NCBI RefSeq assembly: GCF_000025945.1
Contig: NC_006140.1
Location: 1-14,664, forward strand
Source: Desulfotalea psychrophila LSv54
GTDB lineage: Bacteria > Desulfobacterota > Desulfobulbia > Desulfobulbales > Desulfocapsaceae
Direction: 5' to 3'
DNA length: 14,664 bases
Part shown: piece by piece, positions 1 through 6,843 of the stretch
Position numbering within the stretch: position 1 is the stretch's first letter
Layout of the letters: each line of letters starts with the position of its first letter
Position numbers and translations under genes: made by a program
The notes under the pieces: generated by a model
Told to the model about the DNA's origin: nothing
The model's database searches: none
What the model saw: only the letters and a program-made list of their open reading frames with translations

Positions 1-47
1 TTTAATATATCCATTCACATTCCTATAAGCTAACAAGTTATTATCCG

Positions 48-135
48 ATTACCACACCATATTATGCTAAATCTAAGCAATAAGTGTAACGAGCTTACTC
101 GTACAACTTCATAATAGCTGATATGTTATTTAACT
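48..135. repeat. Copy 1 of an ~90-bp imperfect direct repeat (copy 2 at 1545..1635)
   Basis: Hand alignment shows the same blocks in the same order and orientation in both copies: ATTACCACA, AAGCAATAAGT, CAACTTCA, CTGATATGTTA, TTTAACT. Roughly three quarters of positions are identical. Each copy has a short internal hairpin around AATAAGT...ACTTA. Confidence 0.7.
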
Positions 136-201
136 TTTTTCTAGCTTCTTTTTACTATGGAAAAAATTAAGCGGTAAGGTAAGTCAAAAAGTCAATGACT
201 C

Positions 202-236
202 AAAAAGGCATTAAGTCATTGACTTAATGCCTTTTT
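202..236. terminator. Bidirectional rho-independent terminator-like hairpin that also carries a TAAGTC-N3-GACTTA palindrome
   Basis: Perfect 16-bp arms AAAAAGGCATTAAGTC (202..217) and GACTTAATGCCTTTTT (221..236) with a 3-nt loop. An A-run and a T-run flank it, so it can terminate in both directions. It lies about 60 nt 3' of the minus-strand CDS ending at 296. Confidence 0.6.
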
Positions 237-295
237 GGGGCAACTTGTTATTTTTGCCGAATTATATGACTGAAAGACAACACAAAACTGTTAAT

Positions 296-1435
296 TTACT
301 TTTTAATGAGAAGTTTATTAAATATTTCTTTATGTATACTTTCATTGTTGATGACCCTTGCCATTTCATCAGCAGCCCCAACAGAGAAAAATACTTTTGT
401 TGTTTTTGAGTAATTATCAAGGCTCTCGACCCAAATATAATGTTCAAATTTATTATCCACAGTACCCTCGGGCGGATTATTAACTTTAAACTTTGGGTCG
501 TCAACCCACCCTAAATAACGCATTGCAATTTTTAGATGTTGGTTTCCGAAGTTGTATATCACCTTGTCTTTAACAGCTTTGTTAAGACTTGTCATAGTAA
601 TATGTTCTTTAAAATTACTTAGCTCACCAACAATTTTATATATAGGTTTACCTTCATTGGTAGTTATTTTTCCTATTTCCCCTGCTGATATAGCATTCAA
701 GATAATATTGAAAACGCCATTTTGATTCTTATCTATCTCAACATCACTATTAGATAAAATATTATCTCTACTATTGAAGCCATAAACTCTATTTTGTACT
801 GGATTAAGTATCAACACTTCCCGCGGGTTAATATCCACCATTTCAGGTAAAAGCTTTGACCATATTTCCATAAATTCTTTGCTTCGTTCATTTGCTTTAA
901 TCTGAAGAAATCGATTAAAGTCAGCTGTTGACTGATTAGCGTGCTCATTTTTACTAGATGCACGATAATAAATAGCTCCCTTTTGTAACTTATACTCAGG
1001 GACATCAGCCTGCGGTATCAATATCTGATTATTTTTTTCAATAATCAGATAGTAAAACAACCTTGTACTAATCTTGAACTTTTGAAGATCAATGGACACC
1101 CCGACCTTTGCTATTTTTTCAAATTTTTGAGTGACATCATTAAGATCAATTTGTTCCAATATTTCTAACGTTTCACTTGGCAAGCCTACATCATCATTTT
1201 TACCTGTTGTCTTATCTTCCTTGATTCCTAATAATATCATTCCTCCATCTGCGTTAGAAAATGAAATAATATCTTTAGCAAAATTCAACAAAAAGTTTTC
1301 CAAAGACGATTTCGACTTAGTAAGTTTCAAATCAACCTTATAGTCAATATGCGAGTTTTCTTTCGGAAAATTACCATTATTTTTTAAGTCTGAAATAATA
1401 TCTGTTACGTTAACTTTTAATTCTTGAAGGTTCAT
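296..1435 (-). CDS. AlbA_2 / Schlafen-like putative nucleic-acid-binding domain protein (379 aa)
   Basis: Uninterrupted ORF with ATG start and TAA stop. The N-terminal segment ENSHIDYKVDLK...FAKDIISFSNADGGMILLGIKED matches my recollection of the AlbA_2 (PF04326) signature E..lEfK...aFaNt.GG.l.iGv.d. The C-terminal two thirds has no motif I recognise. Confidence 0.55.
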   Translation of the reverse strand: MNLQELKVNVTDIISDLKNNGNFPKENSHIDYKVDLKLTKSKSSLENFLLNFAKDIISFSNADGGMILLGIKEDKTTGKNDDVGLPSETLEILEQIDLNDVTQKFEKIAKVGVSIDLQKFKISTRLFYYLIIEKNNQILIPQADVPEYKLQKGAIYYRASSKNEHANQSTADFNRFLQIKANERSKEFMEIWSKLLPEMVDINPREVLILNPVQNRVYGFNSRDNILSNSDVEIDKNQNGVFNIILNAISAGEIGKITTNEGKPIYKIVGELSNFKEHITMTSLNKAVKDKVIYNFGNQHLKIAMRYLGWVDDPKFKVNNPPEGTVDNKFEHYIWVESLDNYSKTTKVFFSVGAADEMARVINNESIHKEIFNKLLIKK

Positions 1436-1544
1436 TTTCCCTACACTTTTATTAGACCAAAATTAATACATCAATTTAAATATTATGAAAAGTACCGCAC
1501 GAATAATATCAAACAAAGTGGTAAATTACTGTAATTGTTATGAC

Positions 1545-1635
1545 ATTACCACAATTTTATACTAACTCCAAGCAATAAGTATACCCACTTATTCGTAACA
1601 ACTTCACATAATATCTGATATGTTAAAGTTTAACT
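1545..1635. repeat. Copy 2 of the ~90-bp imperfect direct repeat (copy 1 at 48..135)
   Basis: See copy 1. It lies 110-200 nt upstream of the start of the minus-strand CDS at 1435. On the minus strand it contains a TATAAA -10-like hexamer at the position where copy 1 has CATAAT. Confidence 0.7.
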
Positions 1636-1829
1636 AAAGCCCATTTTTAAGCCCTAGAAATGTCTTGAAAACAGGCATATATTGGCAGGACACGCAAAAA
1701 CTCATAGTTAGACCTTCCTTTTCATTTTTATTTGATTCAATTTTGGTTGATCCTAGTGATTGAAATAGGAAACTCACAGAGAACGCATTGTTGTTGTGTC
1801 TTAAAGGTCGATTCTAAAGGAAAAAACCA

Positions 1830-2285
1830 ATGATAAATAGACTAATTAAAAAAACGTTAATCACAGGAATTTTGTTGGTAGCTGTCACCGCTGTTACAAT
1901 TTATTTTGTTTACGATCCAGGAATTTTTAAAAAATGGCCGTGGTTTAGATATTCTCTTAGCTTATCTGTTCTTACGATTCTAAGCGCCTTCACATATATG
2001 GCGTGGTGCATGTTAGATGTCATAAGGTGGGATAATCTATTCCACAGGGGCAGTCTTGGTAGTGATTTTTCTGCTGTTGGTTATGGGGGGGTGATAGCAC
2101 CAATACTGGTACTTCTTCTTTACCCTAGCCTTAGTTCACTTGGAGTCCATAGCGATGGAAGTGTTCGTACCGTAGGTTTTGTCATGGCATTTACACATGG
2201 CATTGGTTTTGGATATATACAAACACAAATAAACAATACTATAACTGAAATCTACAAAGCTAGATCCGAAGAGGAAACGTTGTGA
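1830..2285 (+). CDS. Small integral membrane protein of unknown function, about 4 predicted TM helices (151 aa)
   Basis: ATG preceded by AAAGGA. Four hydrophobic stretches are present (LITGILLVAVTAVTIYFVY, LSLSVLTILSAFTYMAWCML, VIAPILVLLLYPSLSSL, VGFVMAFTHGIGFGYI). It is visibly more G+C-rich than the plasmid core. It ends on TGA (2283..2285); if TGA is sense the ORF runs to TAG at 2292..2294. Confidence 0.55.
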   Translation: MINRLIKKTLITGILLVAVTAVTIYFVYDPGIFKKWPWFRYSLSLSVLTILSAFTYMAWCMLDVIRWDNLFHRGSLGSDFSAVGYGGVIAPILVLLLYPSLSSLGVHSDGSVRTVGFVMAFTHGIGFGYIQTQINNTITEIYKARSEEETL

Positions 2286-3044
2286 CTAATGTAGTGCCAA
2301 ATAAGCTGTCACAAAGGCCAATATAACCGTAAGCAACTGGAATCCCATGGATATTCGGCTCTTAGTCTTTTGTGAATTAAATTCGTCAATAGTATTTATT
2401 GCCTTACCACTTACTTTAATTGTTGTTTCATATTTTTGTATGTCTTTACAGTCTTTCAGTGATTCTAAATAAAAATCCATTTTTTTCTTTTGCAATTTGC
2501 TACCTGTACTACCTAAACGATGTGAACGGTAAAACTTTTGTAGTATGTAATCGCATTCTATTTTTTGTTTACCATTATTAACCTGTTGCCTAACTAAAAA
2601 TTGAAGAAGCTGATTTCTTTCGCTCGCCGATGCTTCTTTATTTAAATGCAGATATGCGAACTTTGTGCATAAAATCCCATATATTTTATTAAACCAATAA
2701 GGATATCTTGTGAAATACAGGAGGTAGATTTTAAATAGACTTTTTGTTTCTTTTGGTTTGAAAAAAAAATTTGGTTCAAAATAATAAGTTGTATACAAAT
2801 AGTATTGTGAAAGATTCTCAACAGTGATGTTGAAATCATCTGTCCAGCTAGTTCCGTCGAAACTTCGACATGAAAAATTATTTGCATCAAATTTGTCGAC
2901 AACATAAGATCCACCGCCCTTCTTGTGGTTTAGGATTGTGCTAAAGCGACTATAGGGACTTGTTCTACGTATACCTGATGTACAGTGGGCTTTTTTAACT
3001 AAACGTACTGCTATTGCTTTATGCATTGTTTGATAAATTTTCAA
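2286..3044 (-). CDS. Hypothetical protein with a C-terminal hydrophobic anchor (252 aa from a TTG start; an ATG at 3024..3026 is an alternative start)
   Basis: Long ORF with TAG stop at 2286..2288, directly abutting the TGA of the convergent gene. The C-terminus ISMGFQLLTVILAFVTAYLALH is TM-like. I recognise no family motif. Confidence 0.45.
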   Translation of the reverse strand: MKIYQTMHKAIAVRLVKKAHCTSGIRRTSPYSRFSTILNHKKGGGSYVVDKFDANNFSCRSFDGTSWTDDFNITVENLSQYYLYTTYYFEPNFFFKPKETKSLFKIYLLYFTRYPYWFNKIYGILCTKFAYLHLNKEASASERNQLLQFLVRQQVNNGKQKIECDYILQKFYRSHRLGSTGSKLQKKKMDFYLESLKDCKDIQKYETTIKVSGKAINTIDEFNSQKTKSRISMGFQLLTVILAFVTAYLALH

Positions 3045-3160
3045 AATCAGCTCTATCCCTCGTTTATCGATTGCAGTTTTGCTAACTCTTCGATTCTCTC
3101 ATTACCCGTACAAAAAAGATTTAACTTCGTCGCCTAACACTTTTCGAGCTTTGGACTAAA

Positions 3161-3691
3161 CTACTTTGGTTCATTAAGTTTTTTGACGTCTTTTTTATCG
3201 TTGATGAAAATAGCATTCCTTTTCAATTCAGGAAATATTTGAGGAATCATTTTTAATATTCTTTCCTGATCCTGGGCTTTCCTTGATATCTCCTCACACA
3301 CTTTTTGTTCAAGTAACTGTTTGTCTATTATCATAGATATTGCTGAATGGCTCTCACCCATATGTTGCACCATTTCCATATCTTTTAATAATTTATTGGC
3401 TCGATTTTTTAGTACGTTAGTGTAAGTGTCTATTTTACCTTTATATATGGATTCTGTGAATAATTTATCATCAAAAATAAGCCTTCCGTTTTCATCTTTC
3501 CTGAACCCTGATGCTTTGTGATTTCGTTTAGTTGCTAAATCGTTAAGGTGCAATGTTATTTCTTTTTTGATATTTTCTGAAGTCGTTGATAAGTTATAAA
3601 TATCTAACATCAACTTAATTGGGAAAGGTAACTCTTCTGCCGTAAATATCTCACCAGTACCTTTTTGTTCTACTATTTCGTTTTTACTCAC
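3161..3691 (-). CDS. Hypothetical protein (176 aa), co-oriented with and immediately downstream of rep
   Basis: GTG start with AGGA about 7 nt upstream, TAG stop. It lies 31 nt downstream of the rep stop, so an operon with rep is likely. No motif recognised. Confidence 0.5.
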   Translation of the reverse strand: MSKNEIVEQKGTGEIFTAEELPFPIKLMLDIYNLSTTSENIKKEITLHLNDLATKRNHKASGFRKDENGRLIFDDKLFTESIYKGKIDTYTNVLKNRANKLLKDMEMVQHMGESHSAISMIIDKQLLEQKVCEEISRKAQDQERILKMIPQIFPELKRNAIFINDKKDVKKLNEPK

Positions 3692-3722
3692 TTAGGATTC
3701 CTTTAAATATATTATCTTTTTA

Positions 3723-5060
3723 TTAAAATTTTATACCTTTTGTTTTTAAAAGCCATTTTTCAAAAGTATTAACACTTGAATCAAGTATATTTTTCCTATA
3801 ATATAATTTTGCTTGAACCTCAAAAATAACGGTTTTATAATATTCATCTATTGTTTTTAATGATGATATTTTTCTTAAAATAGTCGACTTAATTCCATCA
3901 TGACAATTATCAAGAAACTGTTTTGTAAATTTTTCTATGTTTTTATCTAAATATTTTTCAAATTGCGAATTACAATATAAACTATATTCTTCATCTAATA
4001 TTTTTTCTTTATCTTTTCTTTTTTGGTAAGCTTTTATTTCTTCTATAGATTTTTTGTCTTTTTCATCTTTCTCTTTTTCTCTAGTTTCTTTTTTCTTTTT
4101 ATAAGGGCTTTTTTTTGCCCAGTCACCAGTTATAGCTGATGAAATAAAGGCAGCTATCGTATCAACTTTTCCTTTTTCATCTTCACTTAAAGTATATTCT
4201 ATATTTCTCACTACACGGGATTCATCTAATATACCAGACTTATCCATAGATAATATTTTTTTAGGAGAAATGCCATAACCTATTAAATCTCTATAATGTT
4301 CAGGGCTTACAGAATTAAACTTCATTTTTAAAATAGCTTGTGCATCTTTATCAATAATAATGAGATCTAAAAAATGTGTTTTCCTTCCTAATTTCCTTGT
4401 TTTATAACTAAAATACATTTCTGTTTTAAGTGGTATTTCTACCATTGCTTTTTCAATAACATACTTAATAAAATCAGTAGGTTGCTTATATTTACTAGTT
4501 AAACCCATTAAAACCTTGAGTTCATCTATAACTAATGTTTTCTTTCCTAAGAAAGAATACAGCCGAATAATCTCGTAAAATCTCCATACATTACCACCTA
4601 CCACCTCATTTCTCATCCCTATTGGATAAGCGATATATGACTTTAAACTTGCACTTAATAGATACTTTTTCATGATAGGCGAGAAACGGACATCAACAGT
4701 ACCTTTTCCCTTGTTGTAATCCGCTTGGCAAAGAAAAGATGATTGGCTAACAATAATAGCCCCCTCTTCTGAAGTAGTCGTCAACTGGAAACCCTTAGTA
4801 ATCAAGCCTGCGGTTATTTCTTGAATAGCTTTATATGCCCCGTCTGGTTTTATTTTATAGTATTCAGCAAGTTGAGAAATTGAAAAACGAAGACTATCAA
4901 AATCTTCAGCATTTCCATCTGATACAGCAATCATTAAATCAATAAATTTTCCTTCCCTTTCAGTAAAACAATAATTTTTGCTTAGCATTTTCGTGCTTTT
5001 TCTTACAAGGGTATGCGGATTATATACTTCCGGTAAATGAACCATTTTCAAAAAAACCAT
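3723..5060 (-). CDS. Plasmid replication initiator (RepB / Rep_3-like, iteron-binding type), 445 aa
   Basis: Large ORF reading away from an array of 21-bp iterons that begins about 85 bp upstream of its start. The N-terminal half looks like winged-helix initiators (LSKNYCFTEREGKFIDLM...ISQLAEYY). It has a K/E-rich linker and a TAA stop. The call rests mostly on the iteron context. The true start could be one of the internal Met codons. Confidence 0.65.
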   Translation of the reverse strand: MVFLKMVHLPEVYNPHTLVRKSTKMLSKNYCFTEREGKFIDLMIAVSDGNAEDFDSLRFSISQLAEYYKIKPDGAYKAIQEITAGLITKGFQLTTTSEEGAIIVSQSSFLCQADYNKGKGTVDVRFSPIMKKYLLSASLKSYIAYPIGMRNEVVGGNVWRFYEIIRLYSFLGKKTLVIDELKVLMGLTSKYKQPTDFIKYVIEKAMVEIPLKTEMYFSYKTRKLGRKTHFLDLIIIDKDAQAILKMKFNSVSPEHYRDLIGYGISPKKILSMDKSGILDESRVVRNIEYTLSEDEKGKVDTIAAFISSAITGDWAKKSPYKKKKETREKEKDEKDKKSIEEIKAYQKRKDKEKILDEEYSLYCNSQFEKYLDKNIEKFTKQFLDNCHDGIKSTILRKISSLKTIDEYYKTVIFEVQAKLYYRKNILDSSVNTFEKWLLKTKGIKF

Positions 5061-5145
5061 ATTAAATTTAAAAGAATATATAACTGTATTTTCGAGACAT
5101 TAATACATTAAGTATAACCTAACTCAGAATTTGTCAAACAAAAAG

Positions 5146-5504
5146 AGCAATAAAAACTCGGAGTTAATTTAGGACAAGCAAAAACTCGGAGTTAAAAACA
5201 TCATAATGAAATAAAAAAGGTACTAATACAGAGACATACTTCCAAAAATAATCTGAAAAAACAAGGACAAGCAAAAACTCGGAGTTAATAAAGTATTATT
5301 AAGCTTAAACTGTCGTATTTAAATAATAAATTAAAAATAATTCTAAACATCAAAAAACAACAAGCAAAAACTCGGAGTTAACAAGCAAAAACTCGGAGTT
5401 AGTTTTTTATTTTTTGCTCTTTTTTATAAAAAAAAGCGTCATAATAGGCAGTTAGCCCACAAACAAGCAAAACCTCGGAGTTAACAAGCAAAAACTCGGA
5501 GTTA
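5146..5504. repeat. oriV-type iteron array: seven 21-bp direct repeats ACAAGCAAAAACTCGGAGTTA
   Basis: Copies at 5146..5166 (degenerate 5' third), 5174..5194, 5267..5287, 5360..5380, 5381..5401, 5463..5483 (one mismatch) and 5484..5504. All have the same orientation, and two pairs are exactly tandem. An A/T-rich tract (5402..5440, GTTTTTTATTTTTTGCTCTTTTTTATAAAAAAAAG) lies between the tandem pairs and is a plausible unwinding element. Confidence 0.85.
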
Positions 5505-5682
5505 GTACTCCTAAGTCCTCTAATTTAAAGTATTTTTGAAGTCCCTATATATGTTATGGTTTTATATAAGTAACCAACAACAAGAAAAACAAAAAATTAA
5601 CAACTTTTCAAAAAAAAAGAACAACACCAAATTTCTGAAAAAACAAACTCTTTCAAAAACGCAACTGGAAAAGATGGTGAAT

Positions 5683-5845
5683 AGACCTAAAAAAGCTCAA
5701 GAACAAACCATAGCTAAACGATCACAAAAAAAACATACATAAGTACAAGTCCCCTATATTTTGCTCTGTAGGAGGGTTTTTTGAGCTTTTTAAGGATTTG
5801 CAAGAAAGTCTTTTTTGAAAAACCAGAAAAAGCGCTGACAAAAAG
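5683..5845. repeat. Copy 1 of an ~165-bp imperfect direct repeat (copy 2 at 6665..6830)
   Basis: Hand alignment. Both copies begin AGACCTAAAA and end G(C/A)CGACAAAAA(G/A). The 38-nt cores 5763..5800 and 6744..6781 (GCTCTGTAGGAGGGTTTTTTGAGCTTTTTAAGGATTTG) match at 35 of 38 positions. The copy lies 3' of the minus-strand gene ending at 5975. Confidence 0.7.
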
Positions 5846-5974
5846 AAAAAACAGGGCGTTTAAAAGGGCAGGATTCACTCGTAGTGAAGTGATTAAACGA
5901 AAAAGGTACAATGACACCCCTTATAGCTTTTCTTTTCTTAAAAAGTAAATAAGGAGTGTTTTTTAAGAAAATCT

Positions 5975-6346
5975 TTATTTTTTACTAGTTTCTCCCTCAG
6001 TAAGTGTAATACACACAAAATCATTTTCTTGATGTAAAGGAAATTTAGTACTTGAACTAATAACTATATTTTTATGTTCCAAAAATCTTTTTATTGAAGC
6101 ACTAGCACCATTTTCTTTAATATTAATTTTATATGCACCTGCTTTTTTTTCTGCAACAAAATTAAACCCTATTGAGGTTTTATCTTCTGAAATACCGTAT
6201 ATAATATATATTGACTCATTTATATTATATTCTTCTAATGCTTTTTTATTAAAATTTATACCTCCATTTTTAGAAATTGTAACAGTTGGGTTTGCATTAC
6301 GTTTAGCACCTCTTTTAATTTGTTCTTCAAACCATTCAAATTCCAT
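5975..6346 (-). CDS. Hypothetical small protein (123 aa)
   Basis: ATG start, TAA stop, non-repetitive sequence (PTVTISKNGGINFNKKALEEY...). It is bracketed by the two copies of the ~165-bp repeat. No confident family call. Confidence 0.5.
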   Translation of the reverse strand: MEFEWFEEQIKRGAKRNANPTVTISKNGGINFNKKALEEYNINESIYIIYGISEDKTSIGFNFVAEKKAGAYKINIKENGASASIKRFLEHKNIVISSSTKFPLHQENDFVCITLTEGETSKK

Positions 6347-6511
6347 CTTATTTTCCTTTTTTAAAAAAAGTTGAATTCATTATATCTATGCTAGATGACA
6401 AATATTATTATATAATGACAATATATAATAATATTTTCAAGAGGTTTTTAACTATAGAGAAAGAGAAGGTAAAAGATTTTAAAAGAAAGACCAAGTTTCT
6501 TTGCTCTAAAA

Positions 6512-6577
6512 TGTTTACATAAAGTTTACATGTTTACACTTGTCTACACCCGTATTTACTGGGTTCTTTGTTTACAT
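6512..6577 (+). repeat. Cluster of six direct 8-9-bp repeats with consensus TGTTTACA(T/C)
   Basis: TGTTTACAT 6512..6520, AGTTTACAT 6523..6531, TGTTTACAC 6531..6539, TGTCTACAC 6541..6549, TATTTACT 6553..6560, TGTTTACAT 6569..6577. All are in the same orientation and lie 165-230 bp upstream of the minus-strand gene that starts at 6346. Confidence 0.7.
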
Positions 6578-6664
6578 AAAAAAAGGTGATTCTGCACCTC
6601 TTTTTCTCTGCATATCCGAAACCTGTAAAATTTACAAAAAAGAGCAACGTAAAAGAAAAAATAC

Positions 6665-6830
6665 AGACCTAAAAGGTTCATAACCAACCTTTTAGCTAAG
6701 CGGTTATAAAAAAAGATACATGGTTACCCGTTTTATATGTTTCGCTCTGTAGGAAGGATTTTTGAGCTTTTTAAGAATTTGTGAGGGATTCTTTTTTCTG
6801 AAGTTCTTGAAAAACAGCCGACAAAAAAGG
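6665..6830. repeat. Copy 2 of the ~165-bp imperfect direct repeat (copy 1 at 5683..5845)
   Basis: See copy 1. This copy contains a perfect 10-bp hairpin CTAAAAGGTT-CATAACC-AACCTTTTAG (6669..6695). Its high-coordinate end lies 14 nt beyond the stop (6844..6846) of the minus-strand primase-like gene, so the repeat lies 3' of that gene. Confidence 0.7.
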
Positions 6831-6843
6831 GAATAAATAATTT

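Noticed and set aside
453-461. Perfect DnaA box TTATCCACA, with near matches at 41..49 and 8672..8680
   Set aside because: It is a single isolated box inside a coding region, and one chance match in about 29 kb of two-strand sequence is not surprising. The iteron array is a far stronger origin candidate.
2085-2091. G7 homopolymer tracts (2085..2091 in the 4-TM gene, 13454..13460 in parA) as phase-variation switches
   Set aside because: The tracts are short, both simply encode Gly-Gly in frame, and one lies in a housekeeping partition gene. Nothing in a single sequence indicates length variation.
227-2914. Nested or overlapping ORFs 227..409, 262..504, 811..1005, 1131..1343 and 2642..2914; the same applies to 10746..10997
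   Set aside because: Each lies inside or antisense to a longer ORF with recognisable motifs or better start context, and each has a low-complexity composition.
5146-5504. CRISPR array
   Set aside because: The repeats are 21 bp with spacers of 0 to 72 bp, including two exact tandem junctions. There are no cas genes, and the array sits directly upstream of a rep gene, so these are iterons.
5536-5917. ORFs 5536..5742 (+) and 5714..5917 (-)
   Set aside because: The translations are K/Q/N-rich or F/L-rich low complexity. They overlap each other and a non-coding repeat that recurs at 6665..6830 without preserving either frame. The minus ORF has a GTG start and no SD.
48-6830. Interpreting the two repeat pairs as IS or transposon ends or as MITEs
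   Set aside because: Both pairs are direct repeats, not inverted. No transposase or integrase is present, and no target-site duplications are evident.
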